DNA of 64,000 bases from an uncultured bacterium. GTDB taxonomy: Bacteria > Patescibacteriota > Minisyncoccia > Phycocordibacterales > GWA1-40-21. Below the pieces are notes generated by a model. That model ran no database searches, was not told the DNA's origin, and saw only the letters and a program-made list of their open reading frames with translations. Made by a program: the position numbers and the translations under genes. The stretch is taken from NCBI GenBank assembly GCA_963798465.1, contig CAWCTC010000001.1:464465-528464 (forward strand). The letters are read 5' to 3'. Below are positions 25,194 to 34,928 of the stretch, one piece after another (positions within the stretch are counted from its first letter, which is position 1; every line of letters starts with the position of its first letter).

Positions 25194-27341
25194 ATGAAAA
25201 ACATTAAAAAAATCTCCATTGCAATCATCTCCTTAGCAATATTTTTATTCGCAAGCAATGTTTTCGCGATGACTCCGTCATTTTCAGTGTCATCCGATCC
25301 AAACGTCAATACTATTGCTAATTTGAATATCACAGGAGATGCAAACTCAAGCATAGTTCTGTACTATTATTCTGCAAATGTCTCCGGTCCACAGCTAAAA
25401 TATATCGGAAACACAAATTCATCTGGTACATATTCTTCCGGCATATCTTTAAATGATTACAATATCACGCAAAATAGTAACATTTATGTTTTGGTTGACG
25501 GAGTACAATCAAATTCAATCGCGTGGCCTTACTCTTCAACAGTCACATCTTCAAATAATCTGACTTTCAGCCAAACAAGCATCGCAACGATGGTCGGACA
25601 ATCTACAACAATTACTGCATCGAATAATGGAACAGCATCACTTTATTTGTCCAGCAATACAAATCCTCAAGTCGCAAATTTTTCAATCAGCGGAAATCAA
25701 ATATCAATAACAGGTTTGTCAGCAGGACAAACAACTGCAAATTTTTGTTATATAACCACGAACACTTCCACTACAAACTGCGCAAGCGTTTATGTTATTG
25801 TGCAAAATTCCGGAACTGCATTACTTTCTTTCAGTCAAAATAATACTTCAATAATCAACGGACAGAATGTTTCAATAAGTATAACTGGAGGAAATGGATT
25901 TTACCAAATTGAAAATAATTCAAGTTCAACTGTAATAAGTACGAGCTTAACTGGCCCGACACTCACTCTTTATGCAATTGGAGCGACAGGTTCAAGCACA
26001 ATAACAGTCTGCTCCACAGATATGAACTCTTGCGGAAATGTCGTCGCCTCAGTCGGAACATATACGACAACAGGAAGCGGACTTTCTTTGAGCCAAAATT
26101 ATCCGACTGTCATAATGGGACAAACTCAATCAATAACAATAAGCGGAGGTTCCGGAAATTATTATATTTCATCAAACTCAAATACGAATATTGTGCAAAC
26201 ATATATTTCCGGCAATACAATTTCAATTTACGGCGGAGCTCCAGGAAATTCTACAATTATAGTCTGCGCACCATCGGGAGAATGCGGAACGATAAATGCA
26301 ATGGTTGCAAGCGCATCAGGTGGAGCACTTTCACTCAGTCAGACAAGTTTGAGTTTGATGACCGGACAAATAATAAGTGTCACAATTTCTGGAGGCACAG
26401 CTCCATATTCAATAATTCAAAGTAATGATGGCAAGGCTCAATACAGCTTAAGCGGAAGTATTGTCACCGTCACAGGAGTTTCTGCGGGAAATTCTTCCGC
26501 GACAATCTGTTCTGCCGGCGGAGCATGCATAACACTCGCAGTAACCGTAACAGGAAATGTAACAAGTTCAACCGCTTCAGGAGTTCAGCCGGCATTCAGC
26601 CAGAATAATTTTTCAATGAACACAAATCAGACTGTCGCAGTTTATTTGTCAGGTAATGGCGGATATTATGTTTCAAATAATTCAAATCCAAATATTATCT
26701 CGGCAGCCGTCAGTGCAAACAGCGTCGTCATATTCGGAATAAATGTCGGCTCGGCAAATGTCACAGTTTGTCAAACGGGAGGACAATGCAATACTATTTA
26801 TCTCACCGTCAGCAACTCGACAACAGCGACAGTCAGTTCTGCTCCTTTAACTTTTGACAAATCATCTGTAAATATGAATGTCGGAGACACGACTGATATA
26901 AATGTAACAGGAGGGTCTGGAGTTGGATATTATATTTCGTACAATTCAAATTCAAATGCAATCGGAGTTTATGTAAACGGAGGTGAATTGATTATTACAG
27001 GAAAAGCTGCAGGTTCTGGAACTTTATCAGTCTGTTCGTCATCAAATGTTTGTGCTTCCATTTCGGTAGTTGTAAATCAAGTTGCACAAACAACTTCTTC
27101 CGCAACAACATCAACAGTTGGCGATGGATATGTCTTTTCAGTGCACTTGGAATACGGAATGACAAGCAAAGTCGTGACAGAATTGCAAAAAAGATTGACT
27201 GCAAAGGGAGTTTACACCGGACCAATAACAGGATATTATGGCTCGCTAACAACTGCAGCAGTAAAATTGTTTCAAAAGGAAAACAATCTTGAACAACTTG
27301 GCTCAGTCGGTCTTGGAACGAGAGCAGCTTTGAACAAATAA
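25194..27341 (+). CDS. secreted repeat protein (six ~80-aa Ig-like repeats) with C-terminal peptidoglycan-binding domain
   Basis: Signal peptide present. Repeats have the form LS(L/F)SQ...ISGG.G.YYIS.NSN...G..T..VC...G.C. The C-terminus TELQKRLTAKGVYTGPITGYYGSLTTAAVKLFQ is PG_binding_1-like. Confidence 0.75.
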   Translation: MKNIKKISIAIISLAIFLFASNVFAMTPSFSVSSDPNVNTIANLNITGDANSSIVLYYYSANVSGPQLKYIGNTNSSGTYSSGISLNDYNITQNSNIYVLVDGVQSNSIAWPYSSTVTSSNNLTFSQTSIATMVGQSTTITASNNGTASLYLSSNTNPQVANFSISGNQISITGLSAGQTTANFCYITTNTSTTNCASVYVIVQNSGTALLSFSQNNTSIINGQNVSISITGGNGFYQIENNSSSTVISTSLTGPTLTLYAIGATGSSTITVCSTDMNSCGNVVASVGTYTTTGSGLSLSQNYPTVIMGQTQSITISGGSGNYYISSNSNTNIVQTYISGNTISIYGGAPGNSTIIVCAPSGECGTINAMVASASGGALSLSQTSLSLMTGQIISVTISGGTAPYSIIQSNDGKAQYSLSGSIVTVTGVSAGNSSATICSAGGACITLAVTVTGNVTSSTASGVQPAFSQNNFSMNTNQTVAVYLSGNGGYYVSNNSNPNIISAAVSANSVVIFGINVGSANVTVCQTGGQCNTIYLTVSNSTTATVSSAPLTFDKSSVNMNVGDTTDINVTGGSGVGYYISYNSNSNAIGVYVNGGELIITGKAAGSGTLSVCSSSNVCASISVVVNQVAQTTSSATTSTVGDGYVFSVHLEYGMTSKVVTELQKRLTAKGVYTGPITGYYGSLTTAAVKLFQKENNLEQLGSVGLGTRAALNK

Positions 27342-27364
27342 TTTTATTTTTGGTTTAATAAAAA

Positions 27365-27940
27365 ATGGAAAAAACGGATGAACAGCTGGTAGAAAATTAT
27401 CTGGAAGGAGATGAAAATTCATTCAATGAAATTGTAAATCGATATTTAAAACCTATTTACAATTTTGCATACAGGCTAGTAGGAAATCAGAAAGAAGCCG
27501 AAGATATCTCGCAGGAAATTTTCTTAAAAGTCTGGAAAAATTTAAAAAGATTCAATGCAAAAAAAAGTTTCAGGACTTGGATTTTTTCCATTGCAAAAAA
27601 TACTTGCATAGATCATCTTCGAAAAAGGAAAGATGTGCCGATGTCAGCGTTTGACAATGACGACGGGGGAAATGTCATCGAAGATACATTAGTCGACGAG
27701 GAATTGAAGCCGGACGAAATATTCGCCATCAGTCAAAACAAACTGAATGTAGAAAAAATTATGGAAGCATTAACGATTGTGCAAAAAGAAGTAATTGTCC
27801 TTAAATATATGAATGAAATGTCATTATCAGAAGTTGCTGAAGTCATGAAAATACCGATAGACACCGCAAAAAGCCATCATGGAAGAGCTTTGCAAAAATT
27901 GAGAAAATCAATAATAAATGCACCCAAATTATCAAAATAA
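27365..27940 (+). CDS. ECF-type RNA polymerase sigma factor (sigma-70 family)
   Basis: AEDISQEIFLKVWKNL (region 2) and MSLSEVAEVMKIPIDTAKSHHGRALQKLR (region 4). Confidence 0.88.
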   Translation: MEKTDEQLVENYLEGDENSFNEIVNRYLKPIYNFAYRLVGNQKEAEDISQEIFLKVWKNLKRFNAKKSFRTWIFSIAKNTCIDHLRKRKDVPMSAFDNDDGGNVIEDTLVDEELKPDEIFAISQNKLNVEKIMEALTIVQKEVIVLKYMNEMSLSEVAEVMKIPIDTAKSHHGRALQKLRKSIINAPKLSK

Positions 27941-27957
27941 ACGTATAGACCATTGTA

Positions 27958-28064
27958 CTTGTCCCGTGTGAAATTCAGCGCAGTATAAAATTCAGAAAAA
28001 TAAGCATAAAATCAATTAATAAAAATTAATCGACATTATCAAAACATTAAAATTTCTTTACGGG
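27958..28064 (+). repeat. 107-nt leader repeat, copy 2 (ends at ATG 28065)
   Basis: CTTGTCCCGTGTGAAATTCAGCGCAG...ATCAAAACATTAAAATTTCTTTACGGG|ATG. Confidence 0.9.
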
Positions 28065-28466
28065 ATGAAAAACGAAAATCAATTATTCAGCATGATAGAA
28101 CCTAGTGGAAATCTAAAAAGTTCTATTATGGAGAAAATCAGAAAAGAGGAAATAAAAAAAGCCACATATGAAGTGGTTCTCAGTTCTGCTGCATCTTTGG
28201 TTTCCATATCGGCCGCAATTTTTTTTGTAATCAGCATAGTCAGAGATGCATATCAATCCGGGCTTTCTGAATATCTTTCTCTTATATTCTCAGATGGCGC
28301 ATCGTTGATATCTTATTGGCAATCATATATCATGTCTATCATAGAATCGCTGCCAATACTTCAAATTACGATTTTTTTCGCTTCAATCTGGGTTTTTGCA
28401 TGGTCTCTAAATAAAGCGATGACAATATTTAAAAATACGAGAGCAATTTTTTATAAGGTAAATTAA
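28065..28466 (+). CDS. membrane protein, putative anti-sigma factor
   Basis: Assigned from its position downstream of the ECF sigma gene and its TM segments. No diagnostic motif. Confidence 0.35.
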   Translation: MKNENQLFSMIEPSGNLKSSIMEKIRKEEIKKATYEVVLSSAASLVSISAAIFFVISIVRDAYQSGLSEYLSLIFSDGASLISYWQSYIMSIIESLPILQITIFFASIWVFAWSLNKAMTIFKNTRAIFYKVN

Positions 28467-28480
28467 TTTTTAATAATCAA

Positions 28481-28969
28481 ATGGAACAAGTAAAAGAAAT
28501 TTTGAAAAAATCTAAAATGAAATGGATCATATGCACTCTCGGCGCAATCGTAGTTGCGCTTTTGATATTTCAGGCTGGAATGTATTTCGGATTCAATAAA
28601 GCTAGCTTTTCTTTTCAAACAGGCGAACAATATTTCCGTCAGATGAACGGCATGCCGAATGATGATTTTATGGAAATGAATCGCGATTTATTAGATTCAC
28701 ACGGAGCGGCAGGAAAAATAATAAGCATAAAACTACCAACGTTCATTGTTGCTGACAAAGATGGCACGGAAAAAACAATAGTGACCGATGCAAGCACAAC
28801 TATCGTCCAGTTCAAAAATTCTATAAAACCAGAAGATTTGAAAGTTAATGAGTTCGTAACAGTGATAGGCGATCCAACAAACAATGCGGAAGTCGATGCG
28901 AAACTTATAAGAATAATGCCTGATCCTGGAAGCATACCGTTTGCTACCGGAACAGATTTACAAAATTAA
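28481..28969 (+). CDS. membrane-anchored hypothetical protein (162 aa)
   Basis: N-terminal TM segment, C-terminal beta-rich region. Confidence 0.45.
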   Translation: MEQVKEILKKSKMKWIICTLGAIVVALLIFQAGMYFGFNKASFSFQTGEQYFRQMNGMPNDDFMEMNRDLLDSHGAAGKIISIKLPTFIVADKDGTEKTIVTDASTTIVQFKNSIKPEDLKVNEFVTVIGDPTNNAEVDAKLIRIMPDPGSIPFATGTDLQN

Positions 28970-28979
28970 AATAAAAAAC

Positions 28980-30977
28980 ATGGAACCAAATAAAAATATA
29001 AAAAATAAAATATCAGAATTTTTTGCAAAGATGACATCAAGCAAGCTTTTTCAAAATACAAAATCTTTTATAAAAGTTCATAAAATCTGGTCCATAATAA
29101 TAGCCGTCGTAATAATCGCGGCTGGATATTTTACAGTTTCAAAAATTTCATCAAGCGGCTCAACCATTCAATACACATTTCAAAGAGTTACAAGAGGAAA
29201 TCTTGTCGTAAGCGTCGCTGGATCCGGACAAGTTTCAACTTTAAGTCAAATCGATATAAAACCAAATACGACAGGGCAATCACAAACACTTGGACAAATT
29301 ATCTCTGTGAATGTTAAAAACGGGGACTATGTAAAAGCTGGTCAAGTTGTTGCTGTTCTTGATGGAAAAAATGCACTGCAATCGCTTAATCAGGCAGAAT
29401 CAAGCGTCACGAGCGCACAAGCAAGCTATGACAAATTGACTGGAGGACTTACCGATGCCCAGCAGTTTTCTTTGAACAACAGTTTAACTTCAGCACAAAC
29501 TTCTTTGACTAATGCAAAACAAAATATTTTACTTCAATTGAGGAGCGCCTATGAAACGGTTTCAGGCGATGTTTATCTTAATACCGATTCCTTTTTTACA
29601 AATCCGACAACAGCAAATCCTGTCATCACACTTGCTGGTGTAAATTTTACTAGCCAACAATATCAAAATGATGTGAATCAGGGTAGATATAATATTCAAT
29701 CAATTTTGAACAATTGGAATAATACAATAACTGAACAAGAGAGTATGGACGCATCATCAACCACCGACGACTATATAGTAGGATCGATAAATCAAACTAT
29801 ATCCGACCTAAATACAGTGAGAAATTATTTTGACGATATGACAACACTATTTTCACTTTACAGTGTTTCCTCAAATTCAAGCGGACAATCTTCAATTGAT
29901 TCAGACAGAGGAACAGCATCAAGTGCCAGAGGAAATATAGATTCACTTATAAGCAGTCTTACATCAACTTTGCAATCATATAACAATGATATAACACAGC
30001 TACAGCAAGCAGAACAAAACTATTCAATTCAGCAAGAACCAGCATCAGCTGATGATGTTGCTGTTTCAAAAGCAAATTTGGAAAATGCAGAGTCAAATCT
30101 TGCAACTGCTCAACAAACATATCAAAGCAGAATTATCACTGCTCCATTTGATGGACAGATAGGAGGATTGAATGCAGAAGTCGGACAAGTTGTATCATCT
30201 TCAGATTCTTTGGGAACACTCATAACTTCAGATAAAGTTATAAATGTTACATTAAATGAAATAGACGCCGCAAAAGTTTCTGCCGGAGATGCCGTTGCAA
30301 TTACTTTCGATGCACTGCCTGGTGTTGCAGATACAGGAAAAGTCACTTACATAGATCCACTCGGAACAGTAAGCCAAGGTGTTGTGAGTTACGCCGTTCA
30401 AATATCTATGGATACACAAGATACCCAAGTTGAAACCGGAATGACAGCAGAAGTCACAATCACGACAACAGAACATGACAACACGCTTGTTATTCCGACT
30501 TCAGCAATTCAAACATCTGGAGGAAAAAAATATGTATTGATTGCAAATATACCAATGACCAACAGCACGTCATCAGCTTCATCAACTTCGAGAAGTTTTG
30601 CAACATCATCTTATAATTTTGCCTCAACGACAAGAGCGTCATCCTCAAGGCAGTTTGGAAGCTCATCAACAAATAGAACAGTGTCCTCTGCATCAATAAC
30701 AACGCAGTATCCAGTTGTAAAAGTTCAAATTACAACCGGAATTTCAAATGACACGACAACAGAAGTCTTGACAGGAATTACTGCAGGTCAGCTCGTTGTT
30801 ACAAAAACAACAACAGTAAAATCATCTACAACCGCGACAAAAAGTGCAGCAACATCCGCAACTACAAGCGTCGGTGGAGGAGCTGGCGGATTTACCGGAG
30901 GAGGCGGATTCGGTGGCGGAGCTGCAATGATAAGTGGCGGAACTGGCGGATATGGTGGCGGAGCAAGAGGTCTATAA
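28980..30977 (+). CDS. MacA-like efflux adaptor (HlyD family) with S/T-rich linker and Gly-rich C-terminal tail
   Basis: VKNGDYVKAGQVVAVLD, SRIITAPFDGQIGGLNAEVGQ. The tail is GGGAGGFTGGGGFGGGAAMISGGTGGYGGGARGL. The start was taken at the ATG (MEPNKN) after the upstream stop. Confidence 0.7.
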   Translation: MEPNKNIKNKISEFFAKMTSSKLFQNTKSFIKVHKIWSIIIAVVIIAAGYFTVSKISSSGSTIQYTFQRVTRGNLVVSVAGSGQVSTLSQIDIKPNTTGQSQTLGQIISVNVKNGDYVKAGQVVAVLDGKNALQSLNQAESSVTSAQASYDKLTGGLTDAQQFSLNNSLTSAQTSLTNAKQNILLQLRSAYETVSGDVYLNTDSFFTNPTTANPVITLAGVNFTSQQYQNDVNQGRYNIQSILNNWNNTITEQESMDASSTTDDYIVGSINQTISDLNTVRNYFDDMTTLFSLYSVSSNSSGQSSIDSDRGTASSARGNIDSLISSLTSTLQSYNNDITQLQQAEQNYSIQQEPASADDVAVSKANLENAESNLATAQQTYQSRIITAPFDGQIGGLNAEVGQVVSSSDSLGTLITSDKVINVTLNEIDAAKVSAGDAVAITFDALPGVADTGKVTYIDPLGTVSQGVVSYAVQISMDTQDTQVETGMTAEVTITTTEHDNTLVIPTSAIQTSGGKKYVLIANIPMTNSTSSASSTSRSFATSSYNFASTTRASSSRQFGSSSTNRTVSSASITTQYPVVKVQITTGISNDTTTEVLTGITAGQLVVTKTTTVKSSTTATKSAATSATTSVGGGAGGFTGGGGFGGGAAMISGGTGGYGGGARGL

Positions 30978-30991
30978 TTTTCCATCTTATA

Positions 30992-31765
30992 ATGATTGAA
31001 TGCAAAAATATTAAAAAAGATTACGTAAATGGTGATGAAGTGACTAAGGCCGTTAAAGGCGTTTCATTTACGATCCAAGATGGGGAATTCGTCGCAATCA
31101 TGGGACCATCGGGTTCGGGAAAGTCCACACTAATGCACATTCTTGGAGCACTTGATACTCCAACTTCTGGCCAATATTTTTTGGATGGAAAAGATGTTTC
31201 CAAACTTACAGATGATGAACTTTCAGATATCCGAGCAAATCAAATCGGATTCGTATTTCAATCCTTCAATCTTCTGCCAAGAACAGAAGTTATTAAAAAT
31301 GTTATTCTCCCTTTAATTTATTTGAAAGTTGATCCGGATGAAAGAATAAAAAGAGCGGAACAAGCGCTGTTATCAGCTGGACTTGAACAAACTAGATGGC
31401 ATCATCTTTCAAACCAGCTTTCCGGAGGACAGATACAGCGTGTAGCGATTGCAAGAGCTCTTGTAAACGAACCGTCGCTCATAATGGCAGACGAACCGAC
31501 TGGAAACTTGGACACAAAAACAGGTGAAATTGTTTTAAAAACTTTTCAAGATTTAAATAAAAAAGAAGGTCACACAATTATTCTCATTACACACGAGCTT
31601 GATATTGCAGAACATGCTGACAGGATTATTCACATCAGAGATGGAATAATTGTCAGCGATGAAAAAAATAAAAATAAAAGAATTAGTAACATATCGTTGT
31701 GTGAAAATGAAAATGAAGAAAAAATTACAGCTGAATGCAGCGAAATAGTTAAACAAAAAAATTAA
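30992..31765 (+). CDS. ABC transporter ATP-binding protein (MacB/LolD-like)
   Basis: [36 protein letters not shown]. Confidence 0.9.
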   Translation: MIECKNIKKDYVNGDEVTKAVKGVSFTIQDGEFVAIMGPSGSGKSTLMHILGALDTPTSGQYFLDGKDVSKLTDDELSDIRANQIGFVFQSFNLLPRTEVIKNVILPLIYLKVDPDERIKRAEQALLSAGLEQTRWHHLSNQLSGGQIQRVAIARALVNEPSLIMADEPTGNLDTKTGEIVLKTFQDLNKKEGHTIILITHELDIAEHADRIIHIRDGIIVSDEKNKNKRISNISLCENENEEKITAECSEIVKQKN

Positions 31766-31766
31766 A

Positions 31767-32995
31767 ATGACAATACGAGACTTACTAGATCAAACATCAA
31801 CAGGATTATTGAGCAATAAAGTGCGCACGGGCCTTACTATGCTCGGTATTGTTATCGGTGTATCTTCCGTTATCGCTATGCTTGCAATAGGAAACGGCTC
31901 ATCAAATTCCATTCAATCAAAAATTGAATCTATCGGTTCAAATCTTGTCGAAGTCACTACCCGGAGCTCCGAGATCTGTCGGAACTCAAGTCAGAGCAAG
32001 TAGTGGTTCGGCAAATACTTTAACTATGGAGATGTTACTGCTATATCCAGTCAAATTCCAGATGCAGAAGCAGTTGCTGCTGTCTGTAACGTATCAGAGA
32101 ACAAGTTGTTGCGCCAGGAACGAATACAAACACATCCATTATAGGACGTAACTCCGGCATATATGGACAGTAAGAGATGTCAGCGTTGATACAGGAACTT
32201 TTTTTACAGATGATCAAGTTACAAGTTTGGCAAAAGTTGCAGTTCTCGGTCCGACAACAGAAGCTGATCTTTTTGCTGCAGATGTTGATCCAATCGGACA
32301 AACGATAAGAATAAACGGAAATGTATTTACAGTTATAGGTATTACCACATCAAAAGGTGGATCTGCGGGAAATACAACTGACGATGAAATATATATTCCG
32401 CTTACAGTTGCTCAGCAATATTTTATCGGAAATCAATATGTTTCAAATATAAGCATAGAAGCAAAAACTTCGGAACTTGTCACAAATGTTCAAAATGAGG
32501 TTACGGCATTATTATTGCAGAGACATAATATTTCCGATCCGACAAAAGCAGACTTCAGCACTTTAAATCAATCTGATATTTTGTCTACAGCTTCTTCAAT
32601 CACAGGAACAATGACAGCTTTGCTTGCGGCAATTGCTGGAATATCTTTGCTCGTCGGAGGAATTGGAATTATGAACATGATGCTCACAACCGTCACAGAA
32701 AGAACAAGAGAAATCGGTTTGAGAAAAGCTATCGGTGCAAAAAAAGGAGATATTCGTCTGCAATTTTTAATTGAATCAATGATGCTTACAATCATCGGCG
32801 GAATAATTGGAATTATAATAGGCATGGCAATATCGTGGATATTGACGCTTACTGGTATGCTCGAGGCCGATGTTTCTTTTATGTCTGTAATATTAGCATT
32901 CGGAGTCTCGACGCATTATCGGAGTCATATTCGGATATTATCCGGCAGCAAGAGCTTCAGATTTGAATCCTATTGAAGCGTTAAGATATGAATAA
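31767..32995 (+). pseudogene. MacB/FtsX-family ABC permease, disrupted by several frameshifts
   Basis: Fragments in three frames read [25 protein letters not shown] / [22 protein letters not shown] / ...LAKVAVLGPTT...TERTREIGLRKAIGAKKGDI.... The last 25 codons ([26 protein letters not shown]) are in another frame after about 32905. Confidence 0.85.
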
Positions 32996-33002
32996 TATAA
33001 AT

Positions 33003-33027
33003 AAAATCGCCCGAAAGGGCGTTTTTT
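33003..33027 (+). terminator. intrinsic terminator (CGCCC-gaaa-GGGCG + T6)
   Basis: Short GC stem, GAAA loop, T-run. Confidence 0.7.
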
Positions 33028-33088
33028 AATGTCGACAAATTAAATAATCAGCCTGGCTTGCATCATATAAAAGTTGTATAATATCGCT

Positions 33089-33688
33089 ATGAAAAAATTA
33101 AATACAATTGACTGGATTAAAATTATTTTAGTAGCAGTAGTCGTAATTTTTGCCGCATTTTATATTATAAAAAATAATTCAACAAATACTACAAAAAATT
33201 CCGAAACGAAAATTTCAACCAGCACCGTTTCAACTTCACCTTCAAAATCAAATACTGTAACGGCAAAAACTTCCATTACAAATACATCCGGCGCAGGAAC
33301 CGTAAATACCACATCTAAATGCAATTTCAAAGTTACATATCCGACCATTTATTCGGCTGTCAGCGTACCATTTACTGTAAGTGGAATCTTAAATTTGTCA
33401 GATACAAGTAAAGGTTGTATGTGGAGCCAAAATCTATCGCGCGCTGGAGATGCCCAGATTTTCTATGACAAAAATGGAACAGGATGGATGCCTGCCGGAA
33501 CATCCGTTCCAATAATTACAAGTGCCGGAAATTCTACAACAACTTTGGATTTTTCATCTGAATTTAATCTTAATGCTACAGCTTTGGGTTTGACATCCGG
33601 TACTCCTATAAAAATCGTTTTCACGGAATTGAACGTCATGAGTAAGCCGAATCCAGAGACTTTTGAGTATGAAGTTTATCTAAAATAA
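33089..33688 (+). CDS. membrane-anchored S/T-rich protein with Ig-like (Gmad2-like) C-terminal domain
   Basis: N-terminal TM segment and S/T-rich linker. The C-terminal beta domain assignment is tentative. Confidence 0.45.
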   Translation: MKKLNTIDWIKIILVAVVVIFAAFYIIKNNSTNTTKNSETKISTSTVSTSPSKSNTVTAKTSITNTSGAGTVNTTSKCNFKVTYPTIYSAVSVPFTVSGILNLSDTSKGCMWSQNLSRAGDAQIFYDKNGTGWMPAGTSVPIITSAGNSTTTLDFSSEFNLNATALGLTSGTPIKIVFTELNVMSKPNPETFEYEVYLK

Positions 33689-33705
33689 CCATTTAAAATA
33701 ATTTT

Positions 33706-34776
33706 ATGTCTGAATCAGAATCAAAAAATATAGGAAATAATAATGAAGAAATAAACGAATCAATCATTGAAGCTCGTTTTCTTTCTTTAAAAGAAGCAAA
33801 AGACAAGGAAGAAAATGATGGCGAACAAAATTTTCCAAAAATAATAGAACAACTTCCAAAAGATTTACGAGATAATGTCCAAGGAAAATATGAAAGATTG
33901 AAATCATACGGACTTTCTGAAAAACAGCTGAAATCTGAAATTAAGAATGAAGTTGATAATATAAAAGAAGCTTATGAAGATAAGAGATTTGAAATACCAA
34001 ATGGAAGTTACTTGCGATATGAGATGCTGCATCTTGTAGACACTCTTGTCGGTGAAAAGTTAAATCTTACAAAAATAAGAGGTCTAGGAATTATAAATTT
34101 TGATGTAAACGGCCTCAAGTCCGTCAATGACCTCGCTGGACATGAAAAGGGAACTGATTATTTGAAAAGGATCGTTGAAACATTAAAAAATGGTCATACG
34201 ACGAAAGACTTGGAAGATGGAGGAATAAAAGTTTTTATTTCCTCAAATGGCGGAGACGAATTCGCAATAATACTTTCTGACGACGTAAATCTTTCCGAAA
34301 TAAAAGACGGTAAAAATTTTATAGATCAAGTCTTGAAATATTATCAGGAAGAAATCAGTTCCATAGACATGAGCGATAGCATTAACTTTTCTGATTCTGA
34401 AATTATTAAAAAATTCGATGGTATAGAAATACCAAAAGATTTTAAATTCACAGCCAGTGTTTCCGGAGGAACAGCGTTGCTTGGAGAGATTCTTATCGAC
34501 GACAAGATATTGCCTGAAATAGAAAGCGAGGATTTGGATTATTCTGATAAATTGGGCAAAATAATAAGTGGTCTTTTTGAAAAAAGCGATAAACGCGGAA
34601 AAGAAAATAAAGATGCTTTTAAACAAGGTCTTGATGAAAGTAATGATAAAAATAAAAAATTCCTATCTGCCGTATTGAAAAGAAATATGGAAACAGCATT
34701 GCTAGAAATTGAGAATAGAAAACTTAAAGAAGAATTGGCTGAACTTAGTAAAAGGCTTTCTGAGCTTGATAAATAA
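33706..34776 (+). CDS. GGDEF domain protein (putative diguanylate cyclase) with coiled-coil tail
   Basis: NFDVNGLKSVNDLAGHEKGTDYL and SSNGGDEFAIIL (intact GGDEF). Confidence 0.8.
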   Translation: MSESESKNIGNNNEEINESIIEARFLSLKEAKDKEENDGEQNFPKIIEQLPKDLRDNVQGKYERLKSYGLSEKQLKSEIKNEVDNIKEAYEDKRFEIPNGSYLRYEMLHLVDTLVGEKLNLTKIRGLGIINFDVNGLKSVNDLAGHEKGTDYLKRIVETLKNGHTTKDLEDGGIKVFISSNGGDEFAIILSDDVNLSEIKDGKNFIDQVLKYYQEEISSIDMSDSINFSDSEIIKKFDGIEIPKDFKFTASVSGGTALLGEILIDDKILPEIESEDLDYSDKLGKIISGLFEKSDKRGKENKDAFKQGLDESNDKNKKFLSAVLKRNMETALLEIENRKLKEELAELSKRLSELDK

Positions 34777-34802
34777 CGGTTTTTTAGCGTTTTTTTCGTC
34801 TA

Positions 34803-34831
34803 TTGACAATATTAGCCATATAACATACAAT
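34803..34831 (+). promoter_or_regulatory. sigma-70-like promoter TTGACA - 17 nt - TACAAT
   Basis: Near-consensus hexamers with exact 17-nt spacing, about 97 nt upstream of the RRM protein ATG. Confidence 0.55.
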
Positions 34832-34928
34832 TAGAGCAATTAAGAAGTAATTTGTTTTTTGAGGATTAGTCGTCTTTCGTTTCAAGTGAGGTCTTAAGAT
34901 TTATTAAGTGTGAGTAAATATATAAAGA

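Noticed and set aside
30788-30985. Pro-rich 65-aa ORF on the minus strand.
   Set aside because: It is the antisense shadow of the Gly-rich (GGN) tail of the MacA-like gene.
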